Assembly: GCA_963719225.1 (NCBI GenBank)
Contig: CAVRAY010000001.1
Location: 1,760,001 to 1,824,000, forward strand
Reading direction: 5' to 3'
Length of the DNA stretch: 64,000 bases
DNA from: Thermoanaerobaculia bacterium
GTDB lineage: Bacteria; Acidobacteriota; Thermoanaerobaculia; UBA5066
The position numbers were made by a program, and so were the translations under genes. The notes under the pieces are model-generated. The model worked only from the letters and a program-made list of their open reading frames with translations. It was not told the DNA's origin and did not search any database. Shown piece after piece: positions 1 to 11,171 of this stretch (its first letter is position 1; each line of letters begins with the position of its first letter).

Positions 1-2
1 TG

Positions 3-836
3 CGCGAGAGCTCACTCTCGTTCGACGGCAGGCGGGCGCGGGCCGACACCGTGGAGTTCCTTGCCGACTCGGATGCGGACGTCCGTCCGGTGTTGCGCCT
101 TTCGGGGCGCGTCCCCTCCGAGGCGCGTTCGCTGACGTTCTCGAGCGGCATGGACTCGGGGACGTGGATCTTCCGCGCGAGAACGCCGGGAGGGGCGCGC
201 GCGGAGCCGCAGTTCCTGAACGGCAGAGAGACCAGCCGCCCCGTAGCGCTCGGCTCGCCAGAGGCGCCGCAGACGCGTGTGCAGGTCTTCCGGCGCTTCC
301 TCGGCCTTGGCTTCACACACATTCTCCCGGAGGGGACGGATCACATCCTCTTCGTCCTCGGGATCTTCCTCCTCTCGGTACGGTGGAAGCCGATGCTGAT
401 TCAGGTCACCGCTTTCACGGTGGCGCACACGATCACGCTCGGGCTGACGATGTACGGCCTGATCTCGCTCCGACCCACGATCGTCGAGCCGCTGATCGCC
501 CTCTCCATCGTCTACGTCGCGGTGGAGAACGTGCTCACCTCGAAGCTGACGCCCTGGCGGCCGGCCGTGGTCTTCTGTTTCGGCCTGCTGCACGGCATGG
601 GCTTCGCCAGCGTTTTGCGCGAGATCGGCCTTCCCCGGTCCGAGTTCGTCACGGCCCTCTTCTCCTTCAACCTGGGTGTCGAGTGCGGACAGCTCAGCGT
701 GCTTGTCGGAGCGTTTCTTCTCCTCGGCCTGCCGTTTCGCGAGAAGCCCTGGTACCGGGCGCGCATCGTCGTCCCCGGATCCGTCGTCATCGCGGCGATC
801 GGCCTCATCTGGTTCATCCAGCGGGCTTTCCTCTGA
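3..836 (+). CDS. HupE/UreJ-family membrane protein (5' end outside window)
   Basis: GFTHILPEGTDHILF, FTVAHTITL, FGLLHGMGFA and FNLGVE motifs; the frame is open to the window edge. Confidence 0.85.
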   Translation, partial: RESSLSFDGRRARADTVEFLADSDADVRPVLRLSGRVPSEARSLTFSSGMDSGTWIFRARTPGGARAEPQFLNGRETSRPVALGSPEAPQTRVQVFRRFLGLGFTHILPEGTDHILFVLGIFLLSVRWKPMLIQVTAFTVAHTITLGLTMYGLISLRPTIVEPLIALSIVYVAVENVLTSKLTPWRPAVVFCFGLLHGMGFASVLREIGLPRSEFVTALFSFNLGVECGQLSVLVGAFLLLGLPFREKPWYRARIVVPGSVVIAAIGLIWFIQRAFL

Positions 837-854
837 TCGGTTTATGCTTTAGAC

Positions 855-1631
855 ATGACGACATCCGGGACGCTTCCCAACAAGCTCGTCCTCGTCCGCC
901 ACGGCGAGAGTACGTGGAACCTCGAGAACCGTTTCACGGGCTGGGTCGACGTCGGGCTTTCCGCGAAGGGCGTCGAGGAAGCGCGGGCCGGCGGGAGGCT
1001 GCTGAAGGAAGAGGGTTTCCGCTTCGACCGCGTCTTCACGTCGCTCCTGACGCGGGCGATTCTCACGGCGCAGATCGTTCTGGAGGAGATCGACCAGCTC
1101 TGGCTGCCGGTCGAGCGCTCGTGGCGGCTGAACGAACGGCACTATGGCGCGCTCACGGGCCTCAACAAGAAGGAGACGGGGCAGAAGTATGGAGACGCGC
1201 AGCTTCACCAGTGGCGGCGCGGTTACGCGGTCATGCCGCCTCCACTCGAGGAGGATGATCCCCGGCAGCCGCGCTTCGATGTGCGTTACGCGAAACTGCC
1301 GCCCGAGCTGCTGCCGCGAGCCGAAAGCCTCGAGACCGTCGTGGCCCGCACGCTCCCGTACTGGTACGACGCGGTCGTGCCGCGAATCGCGTACGGAGAG
1401 CAGGTCCTCGTGGCCGCGCACGGCAACAGCCTGCGCGCGCTCGTGAAGCACCTCGACGGCATCTCGGACGCGGACATCCCCGAGCTGAACATTCCGACCG
1501 GAATCCCGCTCGTGTACGAGCTGGACCGCGACATGAGGAAGGTGTCGAGCCGCTATCTCGGCGACCAGGAGGCCGCGAAGAAGGCCGCCGAGGCCGTCGC
1601 GAAGCAGGCGAGCGCAGGCCCGGGCGCTTAG
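855..1631 (+). CDS. gpmA: 2,3-bisphosphoglycerate-dependent phosphoglycerate mutase
   Basis: [44 protein letters not shown]. Confidence 0.97.
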   Translation: MTTSGTLPNKLVLVRHGESTWNLENRFTGWVDVGLSAKGVEEARAGGRLLKEEGFRFDRVFTSLLTRAILTAQIVLEEIDQLWLPVERSWRLNERHYGALTGLNKKETGQKYGDAQLHQWRRGYAVMPPPLEEDDPRQPRFDVRYAKLPPELLPRAESLETVVARTLPYWYDAVVPRIAYGEQVLVAAHGNSLRALVKHLDGISDADIPELNIPTGIPLVYELDRDMRKVSSRYLGDQEAAKKAAEAVAKQASAGPGA

Positions 1632-1660
1632 CCGAGCTCAAGCCGCTGTGAACGTGAGAC

Positions 1661-1689
1661 TTGCGCCTCCATGGGGGATCTGCTAATCT
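1661..1689 (+). promoter_or_regulatory. sigma70-type promoter for rpmB-rpmG
   Basis: TTGCGC-N17-TAATCT with TG extended -10; GGAGG RBS at 1703-1707. Confidence 0.6.
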
Positions 1690-1715
1690 CATGGATTCTG
1701 TCGGAGGAGCTCGAG

Positions 1716-1952
1716 ATGTCCGGAATCTGTCAGGTCACGGGAAAGCGCGCGGTTTCGGGGAACAAGGTTTCCCACGCGAACAACAAGACGAAGCGGCTCT
1801 TCAAGCCTAACCTCCGCTCGCAGCGTTTCTGGATCGCGAGCGAAGGGCGTTGGGTGCGCCTGCGCGTGTCGACGGCCGCGATGCGGACGATCGACAAGAA
1901 GGGGATCGAGGCCGTCGTCGCCGGGATGCGGCGCGAGGGGAAGAGGATCTAG
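1716..1952 (+). CDS. rpmB: 50S ribosomal protein L28
   Basis: [33 protein letters not shown]; RBS upstream of ATG 1716. Confidence 0.97.
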   Translation: MSGICQVTGKRAVSGNKVSHANNKTKRLFKPNLRSQRFWIASEGRWVRLRVSTAAMRTIDKKGIEAVVAGMRREGKRI

Positions 1953-1955
1953 CCC

Positions 1956-2108
1956 ATGCGCGAGAAGGTGAAGCTCGTCTCCACGGCGAACACGGGTTAC
2001 TTCTACACGATCACGAAGAACAAGAAGCTCCATCAGGACAAGATGGAAGTGAAGAAGTACGACCCCAAGATCCGCAAGCACGTGGCGTTCAAGGAATCCA
2101 AGATCTGA
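1956..2108 (+). CDS. rpmG: 50S ribosomal protein L33 (50 aa, Cys-less type; absent from ORF track)
   Basis: Manual translation [50 protein letters not shown]. Confidence 0.97.
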   Translation: MREKVKLVSTANTGYFYTITKNKKLHQDKMEVKKYDPKIRKHVAFKESKI

Positions 2109-2123
2109 CCTGCAGAGCCCGGC

Positions 2124-4265
2124 GTGGAACGCTTTGATCTCGTCGTGATCGGCTCTGGGCCGGCAGGCGAAAAGGGCGCCGCCCAGGCCGCGTACTTCGG
2201 AAAGTCCGTCGCTCTCGTCGAGCGGCTCGCCGAGCCCGGCGGCGTCTCCGTCCATACCGGGACGCTCCCGTCCAAGACCCTCCGCGAGTCCGCCCTTTAC
2301 CTCACCGGGTTCCGCCGGCGCGAGCTCTACGGGATGTCCCTCCGCCTGGATCGCCAAAAGAGCCTGCGACAGCTGACCGGACGGCTCCGCGACGTCACGG
2401 CGGCGCAGACGCGGCAGATCAAGCGCAACTTCGAACGCCACCGGATCACGACGATCGCGGGCCGCGCGCGCTTCCTCGACCCGGGCACGATCGGCGTCTT
2501 CGACGCGGAGGGGGTGGAGACGAGGCGGCTCGCGTTCGACGCGGCTCTCGTGGCGGTGGGCTCCTCGCCTCTTCCGCCGCGCGGCCTCACGTTCGACGAC
2601 CCCGACGTCGAGGACTCGGATCGGATCCTCGATCTCGACCGGATCCCGAAGTCGCTGGCCGTGGTCGGCGGCGGCGTCATCGGCTGCGAATACGCGTCCC
2701 TCTTCGCCGCGCTCGGAACGACCGTCACGCTCATCGAGGGCCGTGACCGGCTGCTGGGCTTTCTCGACGGCGAGGTGTCGTCGACGCTGAAGATCGCGCT
2801 CGAGCGGATGGGCGGAGAGGTCCTCCTCGGCGACGCCGTCGAGACGATCAGCCGCGAGGCGAATCTCCCGGCGAACGCCCTGAGGTTGACGCTGAAGTCG
2901 GGGCGCGTACTCGCCGCGGACAAGGTCCTGTTCTCCGCCGGGCGCCGCGGAAACACGGAAGGACTCGGACTGGAGAAGGCCGGCGTCGTGTTCGACGAGA
3001 AGGGCCGGATCCCTGTCAACGACCACTTCCAGACGAACGTGCCGCGGATCTACGCCGCGGGAGACGTCGTCGGGTTCCCGGCGCTCGCCGCGACCTCGAT
3101 GGAGCAAGGGCGCGTCGCCGCCTGCCACGCGTTCGACATTCCCTTCAAGACTGCGGTCGCCCGGCTTTTCCCGTACGGCGTCTACACGATTCCCGAAGTC
3201 TCGATGATCGGCGCCACCGAGGAGGAGCTGAAAGAGCGAGGTGTTCCCTACGAGGTGGGAAGGGCGCGGTACGAGAACAACGCACGGGGACAGATCACCG
3301 GCGACCTGGACGGTTTCGTGAAGCTCGTCTTCGACCCCACGACGCGGAAGCTCCTCGGAGCGCATCTCATCGGCGGGGGTGCGACGGAGCTCGTCCACGT
3401 CGCGCAGATGGTGATGCTGAAAGAGGGCGGACTCGACGACTTCATCCACTCCGTCTTCAACTTTCCGACGCTCGCCGAGTGCTTCAAATACGCGGCCTAC
3501 GACGGGTTGCAGCGCCTCTCCCACCGCGAGGGGAGTACACCGCTCGAACGGATGGCGGAGGTCGCCGCGTCGAACGCCGGGTCCCATCCCCCGGCTCGTG
3601 CCTGGTTCGTCGGAATCGATCTCGCCGACCCGTTCGCCCGCACGAGCCGCCCCGTGACGCTCGCGCTCATGGATCGCTGGCGACGCGTTCGCTTCGTCAC
3701 GTGGACGTACGATCCGGCCGGCGAGAGGATGATTCCCGAACACGTCGCGGCGGAAGGTTTTGTCGTCGCGATCGACGGGCCGCAGGGGCTCGCAGCGAGG
3801 GGCCGGACGATGCGGCAGGCCGAGCGCCTGTTGCGCGCTCCCGGCAAATCGGGAGAGACGTTTGCGGGAGGCGGGAAACCTTACGCCGGCTTCATCCGCG
3901 GCAGTGTCGAGCTCTTCGGCGCTCTCCGGAAATCGGGGCTGGGGCTTCTCAGGGAGGCGCCGTGGGAGTCGACGGCGCTCCTCGAGGTCTATCCCGGCGA
4001 CGCCTGGCCGAAATGGGCGGGGCGAAGGCCTCCGAAAAAAACTCTACCGGCCGGGCGCCGCGCGCGCTACGACATGCTGCGCGAACATGGCCTCGAGCTC
4101 CCCGTCGGATGCGACGCCGTCACGCACGATCAGCTCGACGCGGCGGCCGCCGCGTTCCTCGCCTACCTCTGGGCCACCGGCAACGCCCGGGAGTTCGGAG
4201 ATCCGCCGGTCTGGGACGCGGAAGCTGGCTGCATCCGCGAAGGGATCATCGTCAGCGTTCCGTAG
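2124..4265 (+). CDS. sthA: Soluble pyridine nucleotide transhydrogenase fused to a C-terminal DUF429-like domain
   Basis: GSGPAGE, HTGTLPSKTLRE, GGGVIGCEYA, FNFPTLAECFKYAA; then GIDLA...IDGPQGL...EVYP...DQLDA. Confidence 0.85.
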   Translation: MERFDLVVIGSGPAGEKGAAQAAYFGKSVALVERLAEPGGVSVHTGTLPSKTLRESALYLTGFRRRELYGMSLRLDRQKSLRQLTGRLRDVTAAQTRQIKRNFERHRITTIAGRARFLDPGTIGVFDAEGVETRRLAFDAALVAVGSSPLPPRGLTFDDPDVEDSDRILDLDRIPKSLAVVGGGVIGCEYASLFAALGTTVTLIEGRDRLLGFLDGEVSSTLKIALERMGGEVLLGDAVETISREANLPANALRLTLKSGRVLAADKVLFSAGRRGNTEGLGLEKAGVVFDEKGRIPVNDHFQTNVPRIYAAGDVVGFPALAATSMEQGRVAACHAFDIPFKTAVARLFPYGVYTIPEVSMIGATEEELKERGVPYEVGRARYENNARGQITGDLDGFVKLVFDPTTRKLLGAHLIGGGATELVHVAQMVMLKEGGLDDFIHSVFNFPTLAECFKYAAYDGLQRLSHREGSTPLERMAEVAASNAGSHPPARAWFVGIDLADPFARTSRPVTLALMDRWRRVRFVTWTYDPAGERMIPEHVAAEGFVVAIDGPQGLAARGRTMRQAERLLRAPGKSGETFAGGGKPYAGFIRGSVELFGALRKSGLGLLREAPWESTALLEVYPGDAWPKWAGRRPPKKTLPAGRRARYDMLREHGLELPVGCDAVTHDQLDAAAAAFLAYLWATGNAREFGDPPVWDAEAGCIREGIIVSVP

Positions 4266-4303
4266 GGCCGTGTTCATTCGGTTACCATCGATTCGGAGAC
4301 GGT

Positions 4304-5522
4304 GTGGACTCAACCGCATTATTCGGCTCGTCCGTCTGGTCGCTGCTCAGGAACAAGCTGCGCAGCTCGCTCACGGTCCTCGGTATCACGATCGGAATCG
4401 CGGCCGTGATCTGCGTCGTGGCGATCGGCAAGGCGGGACAGGCGCGCGTCGAGCAGCACCTCGCGAACCTCGGGGACAACTTCGTCTGGATCGAGGCCGG
4501 GGGGCGCGCCGTGAACGGAGTGCGCACTGGGCCGCGCGGGACGAAGACGCTGACGCTCGGCGACGCCGTCGCGATCAAGAGCCAGATTTCCCTGATCAAG
4601 AGCGTCTCGGCGAACGTCGACGCCTCGGTCCAGGTCGTCTACGGAAACCAGAACTGGTTCACGACCTTCCGCGGGCGTCTCGCCGGAGTACTTCGAAATC
4701 AAGCGCTGGACGATCGAGCTCGGCGCCGCGTTCGCACAGGACGACGTCGAACGGGCGGCCGACGTGTGCGTGATCGGCCGCACGATCCGCCGGCAGCTCT
4801 TCGGCGTCGAGGACCCGATCGGCAAGGTGATCCGTTTGAAGAGCCTGCCGTGCAAGGTGGTCGCGACGCTCCGGCCGAAGGGACTTTCGCTCTCCGGCCA
4901 GGACCAGGACGACACGATCATCCTTCCCTACTCGACGGCCCAGAAGAAGCTGATGGGGATCACCTGGCTCGACGACATTCTCTGCTCGGCCGTCTCGCAA
5001 GACGTCGTCAAGCTCGCCGGCCAGCAGGCCGGGGCCCTCCTGAGGGAGCGCCATCACCTCCGCCCCGAGGAAGAGGACGACTTCAACATCCGCAACCCCG
5101 AGGACGTGATCCAGGCGCAGCTCGAGGCGAGCCACACACTGACGCTCCTCCTCATCGCGATCGCATCGATCTCTCTCCTCGTGGGCGGGATCGGGATCAT
5201 GAACGTCATGCTCGTGTCGGTCACGGAGCGGACGCGGGAGATCGGAGTCCGCGTGGCCGTCGGCGCGACCGAGGAGGAGATCCGGCTCCAGTTCCTCGGC
5301 GAGTCCGTGATGCTGAGCGCCGTCGGCGGGGCGGCCGGCGTTCTCGTGGGCGTCGTCGGCTCTTTCTTCGCCGGGCGCGCCCTCGGCTGGCCGATGCAGA
5401 TGTCGGCCGAGGCGGTGCTCCTTGCGGCGCTTTTCTCCATCGCCGTCGGCGTCTTCTTCGGATACTACCCGGCGCGCAAGGCGAGCCGTTTGGATCCGAT
5501 CGAAGCTCTTCGATATGAATAG
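4304..5522 (+). pseudogene. MacB/FtsX-type ABC permease with one frameshift (may be a sequencing error)
   Basis: RNKLRSSLTVLGITIG in one frame and GGIGIMNVMLVSVTERTREIG...LDPIEALRYE in another; apparent extra G near 4673-4675. Confidence 0.8.
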
Positions 5523-6851
5523 ACGATCGGCTCCTCGTGGGGCCCGGAGTCTGCGCTCTCGCTGGTGATCCTCGGAGCGGAAACGTCCTCAACCGCGGCG
5601 ATCGCCTGCACTGCACCTCACCGCGAAGGTCGCAGCGGGGCGAGATCCGGGACGTCGTGGACGCCACCGGCTCCGTCAACGCGGTGATCACCGTGCAGGT
5701 CGGCTCGCAGGTCTCCGGGACGATCGCGAAGCTCAACGCCGATTTCAACTCCCGCGTCCAGAAGGGCGACGTCGATCGCCCTGATCGACCCGCAGCTCCT
5801 CGACGGTGCGCTCAAACAGGCGCTCGCCGACCTGGAGAACGCGAGGGCGAACGTCGCTTGCCGCGGAGGCGAACCTGCGTAAAGGCGCGGAGCGACGCTG
5901 GTGCAGACGAAAGCCGACTACGAGCGCGCGCAGTCGATCGTCGAGGAGACGGCGTCGGGACCCAGCAGGCGCTCGACCTCGCGAAGGCGGGCTACGAGTC
6001 CGCGAAGGCCGCGCGTCGATGCCGCCGTCGGCGAACGTGACGCAGGCGAAGGCGCAGGTCGCCAGAAGGAGGCCGCCGTGTCGGTCGCCCGCACGAACCT
6101 CGCACTACACCGTGATCCGCTCGCCGATCGACGGGACCGTCGTGGCGCGGAACGTCGACGTCGGCCAGACCGTTGCGGCCTCGCTCCAGGCGCCGACGAT
6201 TTTCACGATCGCCCAGGACCTCACAAGATGCAGGTCTACGCGAAGGTGGACGAGTCCGACGTCGGCCGCATCCGGATGGGACAGCCCGTGACGTTCAAGG
6301 TCGACGCATTTCCGAAGGAGCTTTTCACGGCGTCGTGAGCCAGGTCCGAATGAACCCGACGACCGTGCAGAACGTCGTGCACGTACGATGCCGTCGTCGA
6401 GTTCCAGAACCCGGATCTCAAGCTCTTCCCGGGCATGACCGCGTACGTGACGATTCCCGTCGCGACGGTCGACGACGTCGTCAAGATCCCAACGCCGCGC
6501 TGCGCTACAAGCCTCCGATGTCCCCGGAGATCGTGCGTGCCCTCTATGCGAAGCACGGGATCGACACCGGGGCGAAGCGGATGCCGCCGTCGCATCGACC
6601 GCCCGAGGCGGCACCGCGCCACCAGCCGCGGCTCCTCGGCGGGGGCCCCGTGGCGAGGATGCCGTCGTCTGGAAGCGACTCGCCGACGACTCGCTCGAGC
6701 CGGTCCGGATCTCCCTCGGTATCACGGATCACACGTACACGCAGGTGGGACGCGTCCTCGATCGGGCAGCTCGAGCCGAACGACGACGTCGTGACGAGCT
6801 CCGTGCCGTCGAAGTCCCTACCGCCCGGCGCGCGAGGGAATTCGGCGTTGA
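5515..6851 (+). pseudogene. MacA/HlyD-type periplasmic adaptor with many frameshifts
   Basis: Fragments VQVGSQVSGTI, IRSPIDGTVVARNVDVGQTVAASLQAPT, VDESDVG and PGMTAYVTI are spread over different frames. Confidence 0.75.
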
Positions 6852-7603
6852 CACCCGGAGGTCTCGGAGGACGATCCTCCGCGTCGAGGATGTCCACAAG
6901 TACTACGAGCTCGGCGAGACTCGGGTCCACGCGCTGCGCGGGGTGAGCGTATCGGTCGAGCGCGGGGGATTCGTCGCGATCATGGGGGCGAGCGGCAGCG
7001 GCAAGTCGACGTTCATGAACATCCTGGGCTGCCTCGACCGGCCGAGCTCGGGGCGCTATCTCCCTCGACGGTGTCGACGTCTCCGGCCTCGGGAAGCAGG
7101 AGCTCGCAGCGATCCGGAACCGGAAGCTCGGCTTCGTGTTCCAGGGATTCAACCTCCTGCCGCGCACGACGGCGCTCGAGAACACGCAGCTTCCGACGCT
7201 CTATGCAGGCGTCGACAAGCGCGAGCGCGCCGAAAGGGCCCGGCAGGCGCTCGCGCTCGTCGGGCTCGCCGAGCGCGCCGGCCACTTTCCGTCGCAGCTT
7301 TCCGGAGGCCAGCAGCAGCGTGTGGCGATCGCGCGGGCCCTCGTGAACCACCCGTCCATCCTCCTCGCGGACGAACCGACCGGGAACCTGGACAGTCGCA
7401 CCGCCGTCGAGATCCTGGAGATCTTCCAGGAGCTGAACGAGCGCGGGCTGACGATCGTGCTCGTCACGCACGAGCACGACATCTCGCAGTTCGCGAGGCG
7501 CGTGATCCTGTTCCGCGACGGAAGGATCAGGAAGGACGACCCCGTGAAGGACCCGCCGCGCGCGCGCGACGTCTTGAAGACGCTCCCGACGCTCGAGGAC
7601 TGA
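6848..7603 (+). pseudogene. MacB/LolD-type ABC ATP-binding protein, frameshifted
   Basis: GASGSGKST in one frame, [15 protein letters not shown] and [10 protein letters not shown] in another; shift near 7060. Confidence 0.8.
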
Positions 7604-7625
7604 CGGAGAGCCGTGACGACCGGCG

Positions 7626-7724
7626 TCATTTCGAGTCCAGGAGAACGAGGTCGCCCATCGTCATGGCCTCGTCGCCCTTTCCGGTCGGCACGAAGGCGCC
7701 CCTGAGGAGAAGGGCGCGTTTCAT
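7626..7724 (-). pseudogene. Remnant of a DUF1259-like gene
   Basis: MKRALLL joined to [22 protein letters not shown], continuing out of frame as MTPVVTAL; resembles the recalled DUF1259 MGDLVLLxxEVxPV motif. Confidence 0.45.
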
Positions 7725-7726
7725 GG

Positions 7727-10456
7727 TCAGTTCCCCTTCGGTTTTCCCCACGGGTCGACCTCGACGGGAGGCTGGAGCCCGAGGTCCTTGAGCTGTGGCA
7801 GGATCGTCGCCTTGTCCCCGACGAGGACGAGGACGCCGCGGTCGAGCGCGAGCGCGGTTCGTGCGATCGCGTTCACCGCGGGGGCATCGAACGTCGCCTG
7901 GGCGGCGAGGTCCTCGCCGAGCATTTCGAAAGGCGCGCCGAGCTCGACGTACTGGGTGCCGGTCGCGAGGATGCCCGAAAGGCCCGAGAAGGACTGCACG
8001 GCGGAGTTCTTCACCATATCCCGCGCCTTGCCGACCTCTTCCGGGGTGACGTCGCCGCCGGAGAGCTTCGCGAACTCGGCGAGGAACTCCTTGAGGGAAG
8101 GTCCCGTGACCTTCGAGGTGACTTCGGCGCCGGCGCTGAACGTGCCGAGCGCGCGGCCGAGCCCGAACCGGGCGGTCGCCCCGTAGGTGTAGCCGTTCCT
8201 TTCCCTCAGGTTCTGGTTCAGGCGGCTCGTGAACGTGCCGCCGAGGATCGTGCCGAGCAGGCGGAGCTTCGGGCGCGCGGGATCGGCGAACTTCGGCGCG
8301 GGCGCGGCGAAGCGGACGCTCGTCTGCGGCGCCTCGGGACGGTCCACGAGGAAGACGCGCGGCCCGCGAATCGTGAGAGCGGAGGCCGCCGGGAGCGGGA
8401 CAGCGGGCGGACGAGGGCCTTCTGCCTTCCAGTCGCCGAACGCCTTCTCGAGCGCCGCCCGCGTCTCGGAGACGGAGAGGCTCCCCGCGACGACGAGGGT
8501 TGCCAGGTCGGGACGGACGAGCGCCGCACGCTCGGCCTTGACCCGGTCGAGCGTGATCGCCCCGACGGATGCCGGCGTTCCGCCGACCGGCCAGGCGAAG
8601 GGATGCCCGTCGCCGTAGAGCTCGCGGCTCACGACGCGCGCGGCGACCTCCTCGGGTCGATCGTCGGATTGTGCGAGATCGTCGAGCGTGAGCCTCTTCA
8701 CCCGCGCGAAATCCTTCTCCTCGAGGCGCGGCCGGCGCACGGCATCCGCGAGGAGGGCGGCGCCCTTCGCGAAGTTGCGCGAGAGGATCGTCATCCTGGC
8801 CTCCAGCGCTTCGCGGCCCGCCGACGCCGAGAACTGTCCGCCCAGCGCGGCGACCGCCTCGCCGAACCGTAGCGCGTCGAGGTCGCCCGCGCCCTCGTCG
8901 AGCATCTGCGCGGTCATCGAGGCGAGGCCCGCGTCGTGGCCGTCCGCGGCCGTCAGCGCGCCGCCCGTCTGGAAAACGAGCGCCGCCGCGGTGAGCGGCA
9001 GATCGGGCGTGCTCCAGAACTGGACGGGAATCCCGTTCGCGAGCGTGAAGCGTTCCGGCGCCGGCGGGCGGAAGGCGGCGGGCGCCCCGTCTTTCGGACG
9101 CGCGTCGCGGGGCCCCGAAGCGCGCTTCGGCTGCTCGGGGAGCACCCGGAAGAGAACGCGCGCGTTCTGCGTGATCACGCGCCGCGCGGTCTCGAGGACG
9201 GCCGCTCTCGTCGCTATTCGATACCGGTCGAGGTCCCGCTGGAAGCCATTCGGCTCGCCCCAGAAGAACTCGTACTGGTTCATGTAGTCGGCCCGCGTCT
9301 CGAGGCGTTGTAGCGCGGCGAGCTTTCCGGCCTCGATCGAGGCCTTGCGCTCGTCGAGCTCCTTTTCGGTCGGCCCTTCCTTCAGGAACCTCGCGAGCTC
9401 CTCGTCGACGACCTTCTCGACGCGGTCCAGATCGGCGTCGGGGCGCGTCTGCACGTCGATGCGGAAGATGGAGCCGAGGAGCTGGCTGGCGTTGTACGCC
9501 GTGACGGAGCTGGCGAGCGCGTCGTCGACCACGAGGCGCTTGTAGAGGCGGCTGCTCTTGCCGTCGGCGAGGACGGCGGCGACGAGGTCGGTTTCGGCGT
9601 CGCCGGGACCGAAGCCCTTGGGCGCGTGGTAGGCGAACGAGAGCTGGGGAAGCTGGACCTTGTCGAAGGCGACGCCCCGCTTCACGCCGGCCAGCGTCGC
9701 GGACGGCACCTCCCGGCGCTGGGGCTCGGCGCCGCGCGGGAGCGTGCCGAAGAGCTTCTCGACCAGGGGACGGATCTCCTTCGGATCGAAATCGCCCGCG
9801 ACGACGAGGCTCGCGTTGGACGGGAAGTAGTACGTCGCGAAGAAGTCCTTCACGTCGGTCACCTGCGCCGCCTTGAGGTCCTCCTCGGTCCCGATCGCGG
9901 GAAAGTGATACGGGTGCGCCGGCGGGTAGAGCAGGTACTCGATCGCGAGGTCCGCGCGGCCGTAGGGCTGGTTCTCGTACGTCTGCCGCAGCTCGTTGAG
10001 GACCACGTCGCGCTGCAGGTCGATCTTCTTCTGGTCCATCGCGCGCGCGAGGTCCTCGAGGCGGTCCGCGTCGAGCCAGAGGAGAGTGGGAAGCAGAGAA
10101 GCAGGACCGGTCGAATAGTAATTGGTCCGGTCCGAGGTCGTCGAGGCGTTGTTCGATCCGCCCGACGCCTCCATGATCCGGTCGAACTCACCGTTCGGCA
10201 CTCGTTCGGTGCCCATGAACATCAGGTGCTCGAAGAGGTGGGCGAAGCCGCTGCGGCGCGGGGGCTCGTCCTTGCCGCCCACGCGGTACCAGATGTTCAC
10301 CGCCGCGACGGGCAGGCGGTGATCCGGGTAGAGGATCACGGTCATTCCGTTCTTCAGCGTGAGCTTCTCGACGGCGAAGCTCTGAGCGGAAGTACGGACG
10401 GAGGCGAGAAGCACGGCGGCAAGGGCGAGAGAGGCGACGGCGGCACGTCGGGTCAT
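7727..10456 (-). CDS. M16 family zinc protease (secreted, two M16 halves)
   Basis: Signal-like N-terminus [18 protein letters not shown]; inverted zinc motif HLFEH; SRLNQNLRE. Confidence 0.92.
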   Translation of the reverse strand: MTRRAAVASLALAAVLLASVRTSAQSFAVEKLTLKNGMTVILYPDHRLPVAAVNIWYRVGGKDEPPRRSGFAHLFEHLMFMGTERVPNGEFDRIMEASGGSNNASTTSDRTNYYSTGPASLLPTLLWLDADRLEDLARAMDQKKIDLQRDVVLNELRQTYENQPYGRADLAIEYLLYPPAHPYHFPAIGTEEDLKAAQVTDVKDFFATYYFPSNASLVVAGDFDPKEIRPLVEKLFGTLPRGAEPQRREVPSATLAGVKRGVAFDKVQLPQLSFAYHAPKGFGPGDAETDLVAAVLADGKSSRLYKRLVVDDALASSVTAYNASQLLGSIFRIDVQTRPDADLDRVEKVVDEELARFLKEGPTEKELDERKASIEAGKLAALQRLETRADYMNQYEFFWGEPNGFQRDLDRYRIATRAAVLETARRVITQNARVLFRVLPEQPKRASGPRDARPKDGAPAAFRPPAPERFTLANGIPVQFWSTPDLPLTAAALVFQTGGALTAADGHDAGLASMTAQMLDEGAGDLDALRFGEAVAALGGQFSASAGREALEARMTILSRNFAKGAALLADAVRRPRLEEKDFARVKRLTLDDLAQSDDRPEEVAARVVSRELYGDGHPFAWPVGGTPASVGAITLDRVKAERAALVRPDLATLVVAGSLSVSETRAALEKAFGDWKAEGPRPPAVPLPAASALTIRGPRVFLVDRPEAPQTSVRFAAPAPKFADPARPKLRLLGTILGGTFTSRLNQNLRERNGYTYGATARFGLGRALGTFSAGAEVTSKVTGPSLKEFLAEFAKLSGGDVTPEEVGKARDMVKNSAVQSFSGLSGILATGTQYVELGAPFEMLGEDLAAQATFDAPAVNAIARTALALDRGVLVLVGDKATILPQLKDLGLQPPVEVDPWGKPKGN

Positions 10457-10540
10457 GAAGTTCCTCCGGCAGTCCTGGCACACATCGACGCGATGAAGAT
10501 TACGGCGGGCACGGGAAAAAGTTGCTAGGATTCGCGGCAG

Positions 10541-11155
10541 TTGAAATCCGTCTCTCCCATCGTCCTTCCGCCGCTCCCCTGGGCCGAGAACGCGCTCGAG
10601 CCCTTCATCTCGAAGAACACGATCGGCTTCCATTACGGCAAGCACCACAAGGCGTACGTCGACAACCTCAACGGGATGGTGGCCGGAAAGCCGGAAGCCG
10701 ACATGGACCTCGTCGCGATCGTGAAGAGTGCGGCCGGGAAGTCCGACAAGACGGCGATCTTCAACAACTCCGCCCAGGTCTGGAACCACACGTTCTACTG
10801 GAACAGCCTTCGCCCGAAGAGCGACGCGAAGATGCCGAAGGAGATCTCCGAGAAGATCGACGCGTCCTTCACGGGCGGCTACGAGGCCTTCAAGCAGGAG
10901 TTCTCGGACACGGCGATGGGGCAGTTCGGGAGCGGCTGGGCGTGGCTCGTCTCCGACGGCGGAAAGCTCAAGGTCGTCAAGACGCCGAATGCCGAGAATC
11001 CGCTCACGACTTCGGCCACGCCGCTCCTGACGCTCGACGTCTGGGAGCACGCGTACTACCTCGACTACCAGAACCGCAGGAAGGACTACGTCGCCGCCGT
11101 GGTCGACAACCTCCTGAACTGGGACTTCGCGGCGAAGAACGTGCCGAAGGGTTGA
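10541..11155 (+). CDS. sodB: Fe superoxide dismutase
   Basis: HYGKHH, FNNSAQVWNH (Fe-type Ala-Gln), FGSGWAW, DVWEHAYY. Confidence 0.93.
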   Translation: MKSVSPIVLPPLPWAENALEPFISKNTIGFHYGKHHKAYVDNLNGMVAGKPEADMDLVAIVKSAAGKSDKTAIFNNSAQVWNHTFYWNSLRPKSDAKMPKEISEKIDASFTGGYEAFKQEFSDTAMGQFGSGWAWLVSDGGKLKVVKTPNAENPLTTSATPLLTLDVWEHAYYLDYQNRRKDYVAAVVDNLLNWDFAAKNVPKG

Positions 11156-11171
11156 GGGCTAGGGAGAGACC

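Noticed and set aside
1716-2108. Zur-regulated zinc-free L28/L33 paralogues
   Set aside because: Both lack full Zn motifs, but no Zur-like palindrome was seen and the promoter looks like an ordinary sigma70 promoter
10457-11050. N-terminal extension of the M16 peptidase ORF
   Set aside because: It overlaps sodB antisense; the signal-peptide start at 10456 is more plausible. The same logic was applied to trim panC, coaBC, phoR, pstB, rtcB and others
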